Notes: generated from the sequence alone by a model not told the origin. A stretch of DNA of 63,822 bases, filler included, from Octopus bimaculoides (GCF_001194135.2; 7 parts of 6 records of this genome joined end to end with filler, not necessarily neighbours in it), one strand, 5' to 3'; positions 39,027 to 50,953 are shown, numbered from the whole stretch's first letter. A program made the numbers and translations.

Positions 39027-39660
39027 AAGGCTGCACCAGGCTCCAATCTGATCTGGCAAAGTTTCTACCGCTGGATGTCCTTCCTAACACCAACCACTCT
39101 GAGAGAGTAGTGGGTACTTTTTACGTGCCACCAGCATGAAGGCCAGTCAAGCAGTACTGGTATCGACCACACTCAAATAGTGCTTTTTACGTGCCACTAG
39201 TACAGAAGCCAGTCAGGCTGAACTGGCAATGATCACACTCGAATGGTGCTTCTTACATGCCACTGGCACAGGAGCCACTAGCAACAATCACACTTGAATG
39301 GTGCTTTTAACGTGTCACTGGCACAGGTGCCAATCAAGTGGTATTGTCATCAGCCACAACAACAATTTCACTTGCCTCAACAGGTCTTCGCAAGCACAGT
39401 TTATTGCCGAGTGATTGAAGGGTCCTCTTAAATGGGCCGGATATGCTGCACTGGCATAGGCCACAGTTATGGTCTCACTTGGTTTGCCAGGTCTTCTCAA
39501 GCACAGCATATCTCCAAAGGTCTCAGTCACTTGTCATAACCTCGGTGAGGCCCAATGTTCAAAGGTTGTGCTTCACCACCTCATCCCATGTCTTTCTGGG
39601 AATTTATCTGTAAATATAATATGTAACAATTATTTGGTAGCCATGATAAAACTCCGAGTT
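39025..39660 (+). mobile_element. Non-autonomous interspersed repeat with internal degenerate 55-70 bp tandem units
   Basis: Start shared with 39945-40035 (GGCT.CACCAGG..CCAATCTGAT.TGGCA...CTGGATG.CCTTCCTAAC); units of GTGCTTTTTACGTGCCAC at 39105-39330. Confidence 0.6.
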
Positions 39661-39801
39661 TCGGATGCCGGGGGAGGGGGTCCCAAGCCAACATCTCTTC
39701 AGTTATCTGGCCATTAAAAATTCCTATGAAAATGCATTTTCACAGGAATTATATATATATATATACATATACATACATATATACATACATATATATATAT
39801 A

Positions 39802-39848
<47 letters not shown>

Positions 39849-39854
39849 ATATAT

Positions 39855-40035
39855 CATCATCATCATCATCATCATCGTTTAACATCCGCTTTCCATATGC
39901 TAGCGTGGGTTGGACGATTTGACTGAGGACTGGTGAACCAGATGGCTACACCAGGCCCCAATCTGATTTGGCAGAGTTTCTACAGCTGGATGCCCTTCCT
40001 AACGCCAACAACTCTGAGAGTGTAGTGGGTGCTTT
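39855..40035 (+). mobile_element. Second copy of the same repeat family, (CAT)n-led
   Basis: CATCATCATCGTTTAACATCCGC...CTGGATGCCCTTCCTAACGCCAAC. Confidence 0.6.
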
Positions 40036-40119
40036 TATACATACATATATATACAGACATATATACATATATATATATACACAGACATATATACATACAT
40101 ACATATATACATACATACG

Positions 40120-40361
40120 GTAATCTTCAAGTTTAGGGGGATAAAAAAAATAAATAAAAATATTCAAGGGAAATAACTGAACGACTTACCAGTATTATCC
40201 GTTTTCTTCTAGCTGTTTATAAATAAATCACACACGTGATTTGATTGACGTTAGGGTTAGGGTGTGATTTATTTATAAACAGAGATGTACGTAGAATACT
40301 GGTAAGACGTTCAGTTACTTCCCTTGAATTTTTTTTTTATCCCCCTAAACTTGAAGATTAC
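40120..40361. mobile_element. Foldback/MITE element with (TTAGGG)2 at its apex, inserted in (TACA)n
   Basis: Terminal arms GTAATCTTCAAGTTTAGGGGGATAAAAAAA are exact reverse complements; inner arms 40213-40233 and 40262-40282; TTAGGGTTAGGG at 40251-40262. Confidence 0.85.
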
Positions 40362-40499
40362 ATATACACATACATACATACATATANNNNNNNNNNNNNN
40401 NNNNNNNNNNNNNNNNNNNNNNNNNNNNNNTTAATTAATTAANNNNNNNNNNNNNNNNNNNNNNNNNNNNNNNNNNNNNNNNNNNNACAGGTACAACAG

Positions 40500-40695
40500 A
40501 AACAGTAAGAAAGAGTGAGAGAAAGTTGTGGTGAAAAATTTACAGCAGGGTTCGCCACCATCCCCTGCCTGAGCCTCGTGGAGCTTTAGGTGTTGCCACT
40601 CAATAAAAATTCACAATGCCGGGTCAGAGAATCGAAACCGCGATCCCGCGATCGCGAGTCCGCTGCCCTAACCACTGGGCCATTGCGCTTCCGCT
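40500..40695 (-). mobile_element. SINE family D (tRNA-derived head)
   Basis: Minus strand GCGCAATGGCCCAGTGGTTAGGGCAGCGG...GGTTTCGATTC (A/B boxes). Confidence 0.7.
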
Positions 40696-40904
40696 GCTAT
40701 TATAAGCTACTGCGTAATTGTTGGGTCTGCTAAAAATAATCACCAAATCTCTTTCAGATCGGACACCACTCTAGTAACAAGAGAAGGACAAATTTATTCA
40801 AGATTGTCTCCAATGTACAAATAGATCGATTGGTCATTGATGGCACATGTTTTGTTATTGATCTGATCGATCCTGATCGATTTGGGCTGACATTCGGCTT
40901 GAGA

Positions 40905-40928
40905 ACAACAATAACAACAACAACAACA

Positions 40929-41005
<77 letters not shown>

Positions 41006-41019
41006 TGCTACTGCTGGTG

Positions 41020-41061
<42 letters not shown>

Positions 41062-41112
41062 TTATTATTATTATTATTTGTTATTATTGTTGTTGTTGTT
41101 GTTGTTGTTGTT
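40905..41112. repeat. Compound triplet microsatellite (AAC/TAC/TGC/TAT/TGT)
   Basis: Directly visible. Confidence 0.95.
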
Positions 41113-41117
41113 AGACA

Positions 41118-41314
41118 GCAAGCTGGCAGAATCGTTTGCTCGCTGGACGAAGTGCCTAGTGGTATTTCGCCCGTAGTTACATTCTGAGGTCGACTTTATC
41201 CTTTATTTTTTCGGGGTCGATAAATTAAGTACCAGTTTCATACTGGTGTCGATCTAATCGACTGGCACCCACCTCTCCGAAAATTGATGCCTTTGTGGCA
41301 AAATTTGAAACCAT

Positions 41315-41315
<1 letters not shown>
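41118..41315 (+). mobile_element. SINE family B, with long (TTA/TAA)n tail to 41562
   Basis: Homologous to 10863-11075. Confidence 0.75.
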
Positions 41316-41364
<49 letters not shown>

Positions 41365-41382
41365 CATCATTATTATTATTAT

Positions 41383-41457
<75 letters not shown>

Positions 41458-41466
41458 CATCATCAT

Positions 41467-41526
<60 letters not shown>

Positions 41527-42117
41527 TATTATTATTATTATTATTATTATTAGTAGTAGTAGNNNNNNNNNNNNNNNNNNNNNNNNNNNNNNNNNNNNNN
41601 NNNNNNNNNNNNNNNNNNNNNNNNNNNNNNNNNNNNNNNNNNNNNNNNNNNNNNNNNNNNNNNNNNNNNNNNNNNNNNNNNNNNNNNNNNNNNNNNNNNN
41701 NNNNNNNNNNNNNNNNNNNNNNNNNNNNNNNNNNNNNNNNNNNNNNNNNNNNNNNNNNNNNNNNNNNNNNNNNNNNNNNNNNNNNNNNNNNNNNNNNNNN
41801 NNNNNNNNNNNNNNNNNNNNNNNNNNNNNNNNNNNNNNNNNNNNNNNNNNNNNNNNNNNNNNNNNNNNNNNNNNNNNNNNNNNNNNNNNNNNNNNNNNNN
41901 NNNNNNNNNNNNNNNNNNNNNNNNNNNNNNNNNNNNNNNNNNNNNNNNNNNNNNNNNNNNNNNNNNNNNNNNNNNNNNNNNNNNNNNNNNNNNNNNNNNN
42001 NNNNNNNNNNNNNNNNNNNNNNNNNNNNNNNNNNNNNNNNNNNNNNNNNNNNNNNNNNNNNNNNNNNNNNNNNNNNNNNNNNNNNNNNNNNNNNNNNNNN
42101 NNNNNNNNNNNNNNNNN

Positions 42118-42340
42118 AGTGGTGGTGGTGATGATGATGGCAGGTAATACGATGATGCCGTTGAAGAAGAAAGGGAAGAAGAAGAAGAGGAGGAGGGAGA
42201 AGAAGTGGAGGGGGAGAAGAAGAAGAAGAAGAAGAAGAAGAAAAGGAGGAGGAAGAAGAAAAGGAGGAGGAAGAAGAAAAGGAGGAGGAAGAAGAAAAGG
42301 AGGAGGAAGAAGAAGAAGAAGGAGGAGGAGGAGGAGGAGA
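42118..42340. repeat. (GAA/GGA)n tract with 18-bp higher-order units
   Basis: AAAGGAGGAGGAAGAAGA repeated about 4 times. Confidence 0.9.
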
Positions 42341-43007
42341 GATTTTAGAAGAGAAAAAATTCTTCGAATGTAAGAGGAAAATGAATGATGTGAGAGGCTA
42401 AAGAATCGAGCGAAGCTGTAGATTACCAATTAAACTGAGGTAGTTAATGATCCACTGAATAGTTCTGGATATTATCGTTGTCCAAGAGAAAACCAGTAGA
42501 CCTTTCATTGAGAAGTACATTAATCATGAAAGATTGAAGTCTTCCGGGAGACTTTTAGACATATTCTTGGTCTGAACAAATTATCAATGATCTGCAAGGT
42601 TAGCTGTTGAACTGGGAATCATGTGATGTTACCAATTCCAATGTCGGTGATTATGTGTAATGCAAAATAGTTTTCTTCGATCGGTAATGATTTCGATTGG
42701 GTTTTCGCTTGTAATAATTTCACTGACCTAAAATTGAGATCTTGATCGTTTCCACTCTTACCTTCCATCGGTGTCGTCCAAGAGAATTTATTTCTCTTTC
42801 TAAATACATAGGACTATATTAAAAAACAAAAAAAAACAAAACAAAAAAAACAACAGCATGCTAGTCCGTTTATATAGGGTTTTTAGTTTTCAGTGTTGTA
42901 TTCTACAACAATAGAATATATTTTCAAATTTCTAGCACATATATAGTAGCATATGTATTACTATGATACATATATACATACATACGTATATATATATCGG
43001 GAGAATT

Positions 43008-43225
43008 CACAAAAAAATAAAAGACGAAGACAGGTGGTGTAGAAAATAAACGAATGTATTAGTATAACGCTCGGGAATTGAAAAAGTCTTTAACGTTTCG
43101 AGCCTACGCTCTTCCACAGAAAGGAACACAGAAAGAAACAAGATGGAACAGGTACAACTGACGATGGGGTATACTCTTTATGTTGCATGTCTCGGTTCTC
43201 TGTTTTTTTTGTTGTTGTTCGAAAA
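43008..43225 (-). mobile_element. Penelope-like repeat fragment
   Basis: Carries the hammerhead-like fold at 43088-43123; second diverged copy at 34515-34700. PLE assignment inferred from the ribozyme-like motif. Confidence 0.5.
43088..43123 (-). ncRNA. Minimal type I hammerhead-ribozyme-like motif (variant core)
   Basis: CUUU-CUGUGGA-A-GAGC(GUAG)GCUC-GAAA-CGU-U-AAAG: stem I, stem II, GAAA, palindromic ACGU stem III; the core has U in place of A6. Confidence 0.5.
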
Positions 43226-43326
43226 ANNNNNNNNNNNNNNNNNNNNNNNNNNNNNNNNNNNNNNNNNNNNTTAATTAATTAANNNNNNNNNNNNNNNNNN
43301 NNNNNNNNNNNNNNNNNNNNNNNNNN

Positions 43327-43585
43327 TGTGTGTGTGTGTGTGTGTGTATACATTTGTGAGTGTGTGTCTTTGTGTCTGTGTTTGTACCCCCCATCACCAC
43401 CACCAGCACTTGACAACCAATGTTGATGTGTTTACGTCCCGAAACATAGCGGTTCGGTAAAACATACCGATAGAATAAGTACTAGGCTTATAAAGAACAA
43501 GTCCTGGGGTCGATTTGTTCGACTGAAGATGGTGCTCCAGCATGACCGCAGTCAAATGACTGAAACGTGAAAAAGGGTAAAAAGG
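43327..43585 (+). mobile_element. SINE family A, 3' half
   Basis: Matches 1630-1845. Confidence 0.8.
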
Positions 43586-43645
43586 CTACTTCCATTTAAG
43601 AGTGGATGGGTTTCATTTTGTTTATGATATTGTTTTATACAGAAG

Positions 43646-43860
43646 GCGGTGAGCTGGCAGAGTGGTTAGCACGCCGGGCAAAATGCTTAGCGGTATTTCA
43701 TCTGCCGTTACGTTCTGAGTTCAAATTCCGCCGATGTCGACTTTACCTTTCATCCTTTCGAGGTCGATAAATTAAGTACCAGTTGCGTACTGGAGTCGAT
43801 CTAATCGACAGGCCCCACCCCTTCATCGAAATTTCGGGCCTTGTGCCGAGAGTAGAAAAG
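43646..43860 (+). mobile_element. SINE family B, full copy (partial second head at 43868-43950)
   Basis: GGCGGTGAGCTGGCAGAGTGGTTAGCACGCCGGG...GAGTTCAAATTCC...CCTTTCATCCTTTCGAGGTCGATAAATTAAGTACCAG. Confidence 0.85.
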
Positions 43861-44269
43861 AAACTTTAGCACGCCGGGCGAAATGCTTACCGGTATTTCG
43901 TCTGTCTTTATGTTCTGAGTTCAAATTCCGTCGAGGTCGACTTTACCTTAAAAAGCATATCAAGTTATAAAAATTGTTGATGGAGTACATTTGAATGTTT
44001 TGTATTCTGTAGCATCGCCAATAGTTCTTTGTGTAATGTAATGTGCTTACAAAGCCGATCAATGCCGTCGATATATCGATCTGTTAACAAAATGAAACGT
44101 GGGTATGCATGCATATTCACCTGGAAAAACAGGAACACAAAAAACATAAATGTTTGCTGCTATGTGAAGTCGTCTGACCAATTAACCCGATCGCTTGATC
44201 TTCTAATTTGTGGCGAACGGAAATTGTTAAATAAACAATAAGAAATCCATATTTATTCACACAAATATG

Positions 44270-44471
<202 letters not shown>

Positions 44472-44638
44472 CAAGTAACATATACACACACACACACGCG
44501 TTGGGCCCAATGAAAGAAAAAATGTACTGAGAACCATATTAGTGCACTAAGTAAATTTAGAGTGATTTTGTAGCCTGTTACTCGTTATACATATAATACA
44601 TGTGTGGGAGGGTGTTTGTATCTGTGTAGCGTAGACAG

Positions 44639-44672
<34 letters not shown>

Positions 44673-45224
44673 TTAGAGATAAAGATAGATAGGTACATGC
44701 ATACATACATATGTAAGTATAGTGTGTATATATATGTATGAATACATAACATTCATGGTTGGTCGTCGGCTACTAAACCGATACACCTACCAAGAGAACC
44801 AGGTGAGGAGGGTTGCTAGAAACCCAACAGGACTAAAAGCACGACCTGTCCAAAGGACGAGTGAATCTAGTGTAGGTTCGATGACTATTTAGCGGTAGCA
44901 TGGGCCCTCAGAAATTCCAGGTCGTTGTCCGGCGTGCCGGAGGACCACAAGGATTGAGTTCCACCACTTTTTTCGGCTTTTGCTAAAGTATGCCTTTAGG
45001 AGAAGGTCATTCTGATAGAAAAACAAAATATTAAAAGAGTGACATTGGACATTTTGGAGATCTTTTGCTTGCACTTCAGATCATGACGCTCCCATATTTC
45101 TGAACCTGGGAAACAAATTGGTGCTGGATATTATTCTCCTGCTTGTCTCTGGATCATGTCAATAGAGTCGTGAGGGTCTGTGTGGTGTTGTGTAAACCTT
45201 AAAGGCTAAAAAAAAAAACCTTGG

Positions 45225-45532
45225 GTCATAAATGACCATGGGAAAAGTTACCCGCCTGAAAAGTTACCCACCGAGGAATAAGTCCGGGCAAAGTTGTTTA
45301 TGGAAAACCAGCCAGCAGTCGTCCATGCATACCAGACTCTTCACTCCACGCCACCCATGTTGACCAAGAAAAACGCAAAGGCTGATATTGCTTGGCACCA
45401 GTGATGTCGCAACTCATTTCTAGTGCTGAAATAAAGTGTCTTGCTCAGGAACACAAAACTCAGCCCGATTCGAGATTCGAACTCACTGCCTCGTGTTTGT
45501 GAGCCCGGTGTTCTAACCACTGAGCCATGCGC
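45225..45532 (-). mobile_element. SINE family C
   Basis: Homologous to 12654-12995. Confidence 0.8.
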
Positions 45533-45544
45533 CTTATTCGTTTC

Positions 45545-45965
45545 TACTCTAGGTACAAGATACGAAATTTGGGGAGAGGGAGCCAGTCGATTAGAACGAA
45601 CCCAGTACGCAACTAGTATTTAATTTATTTACCCCGAAAGGATGAAAGGCAAAGTCGACCTCTGCAGAATTAGATCTCAGAACGTAAAGACAGACGAAAT
45701 ACCGTTAAGCATTTCGCCCGGCATGCTAACGTTTCTTATTTCTTTATTGCCCACAAGGGGCTAAACATAGAGGGGACAAACAAGGACAGACAAAGGGATT
45801 AAGTCGACTATATCGACCTCAGTGCGCAACTGGTACTTATTTAATCGATCTCGAAAGGATGAAAGGCAAAGTCGACCTCGGCGGAATTAGATCTCAGAAC
45901 GTGAAGACGAAATACCACTACGCATTTCGCCCGGCGTGCTAACCACTCTGTCAGCTCGCCGCCTT
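45545..45965 (-). mobile_element. Two adjacent SINE family B copies with different tails
   Basis: Heads at about 45965 and 45730; shared CCCGAAAGGATGAAAGGCAAAGTCGACCTC block; tails differ. Confidence 0.8.
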
Positions 45966-46320
45966 CGAGCCATGCGCCTGAGGGGACCGAAAATGCTGCG
46001 CAGGCATTGCTTTTGTAAGTAATGGTCATACACGTCAAGGAGTTGATAGCCATTATGTATAAATAGAAAATGTCCAGTATAAATGACCATTGTCCGAGCA
46101 AGGGCACAATACTCATTTATGCAGAGGGTATACTTTATTATGACAGCAAGAGCATCCACGAAAAGCTCATTCGTTTCTCGTGTCCAATTGATATAAGGAA
46201 CAGATTCAAATTTTCTGGGACAGGCTGTGAGCGCATGCGTAGAAGGACATCATACACTGGACAATTGAATAATTTATGTTCCATATTCATATTTTATATG
46301 AGTGTTCTCTGCGTTTATAT

Positions 46321-46685
46321 AGGCACAGGCGTAGCTGTGTGGTAAGAAGTTTGTTTCCCAGCCACATGGTTCCGGGTTCGGTCCCACTGCGTGGTACGTT
46401 GGGCAAGTGTTTCTACTATAGCTCCGAGCCGACCATAGCGTTGTGGGTGGATTTGATAGACGGAAACTGAAAGAATCCTGTCTTATGTGTGTCTTACTGC
46501 CTGTGTTTATCTCTAACTACTTCTTGACAACCGGTGCTGGTGTGTTTCCGTTCCCGGAATAAGCACCGGACTTCAGAAAAAAAGAAAAAAAAAAAGATAC
46601 TGGTGTCGATTTATTCGACGAGGGGTTCAAGGTGGTGCTCCAGTCTGGCCGCAGTCTAAAGACTGAAGGATAAAAGATAAAGAGA
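46321..46685 (+). mobile_element. SINE family A
   Basis: AGGCACAGGCGTAGCTGTGTGGTAAG...GGTGCTCCAG. Confidence 0.8.
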
Positions 46686-47714
46686 TATTCAAGTATACCC
46701 AAGTGCACAAATATTTCGAATATAAAAACATCCTTACAAGAATGATGAAATATCTAGAAAATTCTTTTGTGATTTAAATTGTTGAAAATTGTAAGAAAAC
46801 TATCATGGACAGCTGTAAGAGCTTTGGGAAATACGTGTGTGTGTGTGTATGTGTGTATGGTGTGTATATATATAGATATATATATATATACACACGTATG
46901 CATACGCGCACACACACACACGCGCACACACGCAAATATACATACATTCACACACACATACACACACACTTATGCATATATATGCGCACACATGCAGAAA
47001 GCGAGCAACGTGATGATGATATCTACGTGAATCTGATCAGCAACAAAATTTTTTTTTAATAAAAAAAAATAATAATAAAGATACACTTATATTGAGTCCG
47101 GGCAGAAATTTAATTATTTTACGTGGAACAGATATCTACAAAATCGTGCATGTAAAAGATATATACAAAAAAAAAAGAATAATAATAATAATAGATAAAG
47201 ATTACAATCGAAGAACACACGCGAAGTGAATTGAGCAATAAACGTGTTTAACACTGAAAATAAAACTAAAAACAGAAAAGTTTAAATAATTCTATACTTA
47301 CCCTCTCTGTTACTATTTACAGGCAAAATGCAAAATTAAATCCGAACGTCTACATTTTTTAAATGCCATGTCTTAGATAAATAAAGGATGAAAAATTAGA
47401 TTATCTGACGATTTTCGTGCTTAACTAACTGCATTAATAAATTTAGTAAATTCTTTTAAACATAAACAATATGAAAAATCACTATATAGATTCCTTGTAT
47501 GCTAAAAATAGACGCCAAACCGTCTAACCACTAAACCTGTGCTCTCAACTTAGTAAGATGCTTCTTCTTCTTCTTCTTCTTCTTCTTCTTCTTCTTCTTC
47601 TTCTTCTTCTTCTTCTTCTTCTTCATCAGGTCATTGCTTGGAATCTAGCTCGGAATGTTGGGGTTAGTAGCCCGTGCTCTTAACCACTACGCCATATGCC
47701 CGAAAACTACCTTA

Positions 47715-47875
47715 GGATTGAGAACCCAGGTTCGAAATTCCCACAGGACACCTGATGAAGGCTGGAGGGTATATCAGCCGAAACGTAATATTAACAACAA
47801 ACAAGATGAGGACAAATATCCATCGATTGTAAATAATATAAATAACTCCTCATCTCTTAAATATAGAACTGTATT
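47715..47875 (+). mobile_element. Penelope-like repeat fragment
   Basis: Contains the canonical-core hammerhead-like motif at 47747-47792; PLE assignment inferred. Confidence 0.5.
47747..47792 (+). ncRNA. Minimal type I hammerhead-ribozyme-like motif
   Basis: GACAC-CUGAUGA-A-GGCUG(GAGGGUAUAU)CAGCC-GAAA-CGU-A-AUAUU; exact CUGANGA and GAAA core, perfect 5-bp stem II, ACGU palindrome; stem I has two C-A mismatches. Confidence 0.6.
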
Positions 47876-48339
47876 ACAAAGAAAATAAGTCCTGCGGTCA
47901 ATTTGTTTGGCTAAAAGCTGTGCTCCAGCATGACCACAGTCAAATGACTGAAAGAAGTGAAAGGATAAAAAAATATGATGGTAATCTCTCGTAGTCCGAG
48001 AAAGACGGTTCTTCAATTTCTTGGTGAACGACCTGCACAGAGATGACTTGATTTTAGTGATCGAACGATCGATTGTAGCGCACATTAACTCACTCCCTCC
48101 ATTAGATCGATGTTGTCTGAAAAGGTGCGCGATGTAACACTCGTCAGGTGTCCAACTGATCGCTTAGCAACGTGACATGAATTGGGTTACTCGAGAACAC
48201 AACGCAACACCCTGTTCAGGAATTGAAACCACGACCTCACGACCGGGACCGCAGCATCACAACCACTAGACCATCCGCCCTCACACACTCACATATATAA
48301 TTATGTATATACATGTGTATACATAAATGAGTGTATGTA

Positions 48340-48379
<40 letters not shown>

Positions 48380-48419
48380 TATATAAATATATATGTGTAT
48401 ATATGTGTATATATATACT

Positions 48420-48666
48420 TTTATCATTTTATTCTTTTACTTGTTTACTGTGGCCATGCTAGAGCACTGCCTTTAGTCAAACAAATCGACCCCAGGACTT
48501 ATTCCTTGTAAGCCTAGGACTTATTCTATCGGTCTCTTTTGCCGAACAGTTAAGTTACGGGAACGTAAACACACCAGCATCGGTTGTCAAGCGATGGCGA
48601 GTAGACAAACACACACACAAACATATATACACACATACATATATACGACGGGCTTCTTTCAGTTTC
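48420..48666 (-). mobile_element. SINE family A, 3' two-thirds
   Basis: Reverse complement is closely similar to 50400-50670. Confidence 0.85.
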
Positions 48667-49121
48667 CTCAGCAAGGTCTGGGTGATATGAGCTGGAAATT
48701 TCGCTAATTCTCTTTGGAGTTTGCTCAACTTCATACGAATACCAGTATTTAGTAGAAATACTTGAACGTTCCTTTGATAACAGTTGTTAGTGCAGATCGC
48801 GTTTTCAGTGTCCGTTTACAAAATTACGCAACCATTTTCTCAATCAGTCTATTCAGCGGTTACAGAGCCCCTACTTGTTGTAGGGTAAAAATCTAATTAA
48901 ATTCGTGCAGAAGCTGTTTCTCTGATACAACAACCATTCTGTCGATTTCTCTGCAAGGAAGGAATCCGTTACGCATATAAATTCTTTTGATTCCACCTGT
49001 AAATAATTTTGTATGCTGTATGTTATCTCATATAAGACAATACGATTCTGTTATTTTTTTCCGTGCAAACTGCTCTCGGATGTGTTTCTATAAGATTTCC
49101 ATCCCAGGTATAAAGACTCCT

Positions 49122-49366
49122 ATCATCATCATCATCATCATCATCATCGTTGTCATCACCGTCGTCACCATTTTGATCACAACCACCATTCACACCGATA
49201 TCATCATCGTCATCATCATCGTCGTCGTCCTCACCGTCGTCGTAGCATCATCATCACCCTCATCATCATAAACATCATCATCATCATCATCACAATTTTC
49301 AGTATTCTTTTTCTTTCTTTCTTTTCTTTCTTTCTTTCTTTCTTTCTCTTTCTTTCTTTCTTTTTT

Positions 49367-49398
<32 letters not shown>

Positions 49399-49410
49399 TT
49401 CTTTTTTTTC
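49122..49410. repeat. (CAT/CGT)n and (TTTC)n microsatellites
   Basis: Directly visible. Confidence 0.9.
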
Positions 49411-50387
49411 TCCATTGCATGTGTGCACTTCACAAACAGCGAAGAGTTGTGAAAGCAGGGCAAATGCGAATTCGAGCAGGAGAAATGTTTTCTTTTTTTA
49501 TTTTTCTTGTTATTGTTCATTATTTTGCTTGTTTGTTTTCTTTGTCTATTTTCTCTTTTGTTGAAAGTAATCTGTCCAATAACAAAGCAACTCAATGTAC
49601 GTGTGTGTGTGTGTGTGTGTGTGTGAATGAGGGGGCGTGTGAGCCTTAGCGTTTTCGTTTTGCATTCGTTGCAGCGATTTCTCTTAGCTTTGCCTTGTCT
49701 CGGTCATTGGACTGCGACCATGCCGGAGCACCGCATTGAAGGGTCTTTCTCCCAAACAAACGTCTGGTACTTCCGATTAGTTACGGAGACGTAATCAAAC
49801 TAACACCGGTTGTCTGGCCGGTAGTAGGACGTACACACACACAAGCACACACGCACAAATCCACAAACACAAATCCACACACGCACACAGACTCTAACGC
49901 ACACAGACTCTAACGCACACACACACACACTCTCTCTCACACATACGTGAACATACACTCGCACGCACACACACNNNNNNNNNNNNNNNNNNNNNNNNNN
50001 NNNNNNNNNNNNNNNNNNNNNNNNNNNNNNNNNNNNNNNNNNNNNNNNNNNNNNNNNNNNNNNNNNNNNNNNNNNNNNNNNNNNNNNNNNNNNNNNNNNN
50101 NNNNNNNNNNNNNNNNNNNNNNNNNNNNNNNNNNNNNNNNNNNNNNNNNNNNNNNNNNNNNNNNNNNNNNNNNNNNNNNNNNNNNNNNNNNNNNNNNNNN
50201 NNNNNNNNNNNNNNNNNNNNNNNNNNNNNNNNNNNNNNNNNNNNNNNNNNNNNNNNNNNNNNNNNNNNNNNNNNNNNNNNNNNNNNNNNNNNNNNNNNNN
50301 NNNNNNNNNNNNNNNNNNNNNNNNNNNNNNNNNNNNNNNNNNNNNNNNNNNNNNNNNNNNNNNNNNNNNNNNNNNNNNNNNNNNNNN

Positions 50388-50426
50388 TGGATTTGGTAGA
50401 CGGAAAACTGAAAGAAGCCCGTCGTA

Positions 50427-50457
<31 letters not shown>

Positions 50458-50675
50458 GTGTGTTTGTGTGTCTGTGTTTGTCCTCCCACCATCGCTTGGC
50501 AACCGATGCTGGTGTGTTTACGTCCCCGTAACTTAGCGGTTCGGCAAAAGAGACCGATAGAATAAGTACCAGGCTTCCAAAGAATAAGTTTTGGGGTCGA
50601 TTTGCTCGACTAAAGGCGGTGCTCCAGCATGGCCGCAGTCAAATGACTGAAACAAGTAAAAGAGTAAAAGAGAGT
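50388..50675 (+). mobile_element. SINE family A, 3' two-thirds (after a gap)
   Basis: TGGATTTGGTAGACGGAAAACTGAAAGAAGCCCGTCG...AAACAAGTAAAAGAGTAAAAGAG. Confidence 0.9.
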
Positions 50676-50953
50676 ATTGCAATTGAATAAAAAAAAATGG
50701 ATAAATATGCCTTTTTCAGCGATACCCTTTTGGGACTTTCCGAAAAATTTGTAATTTCCAAAATAATCCACATATGAAAAACATTTAAATACTATATATC
50801 ATTTTAACTCCTAAGACACCTGGCAACATCAAAGGATCTGAATAAAAAAAAAATTGGCCGTTGATGGGTTAATCCCAGCCCCTAAAATGCTGGTTTTGTG
50901 CCAAAACTTAAAATCAATATTAATGACATTATTTCTTGTTCTTTTCTCCACAG

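Noticed and set aside
39105-39330. Roughly 55-70 bp periodic units that could suggest a CRISPR-like array
   Set aside because: Whole units are degenerate copies of each other with no unique spacers; eukaryotic context; internal tandem repeat of an interspersed element
40830-41114. ORF with poly-Thr/Ala/Ile/Cys runs resembling a mucin or antifreeze protein
   Set aside because: Compound triplet microsatellite next to a SINE; no signal peptide, splice signals or non-repetitive domain
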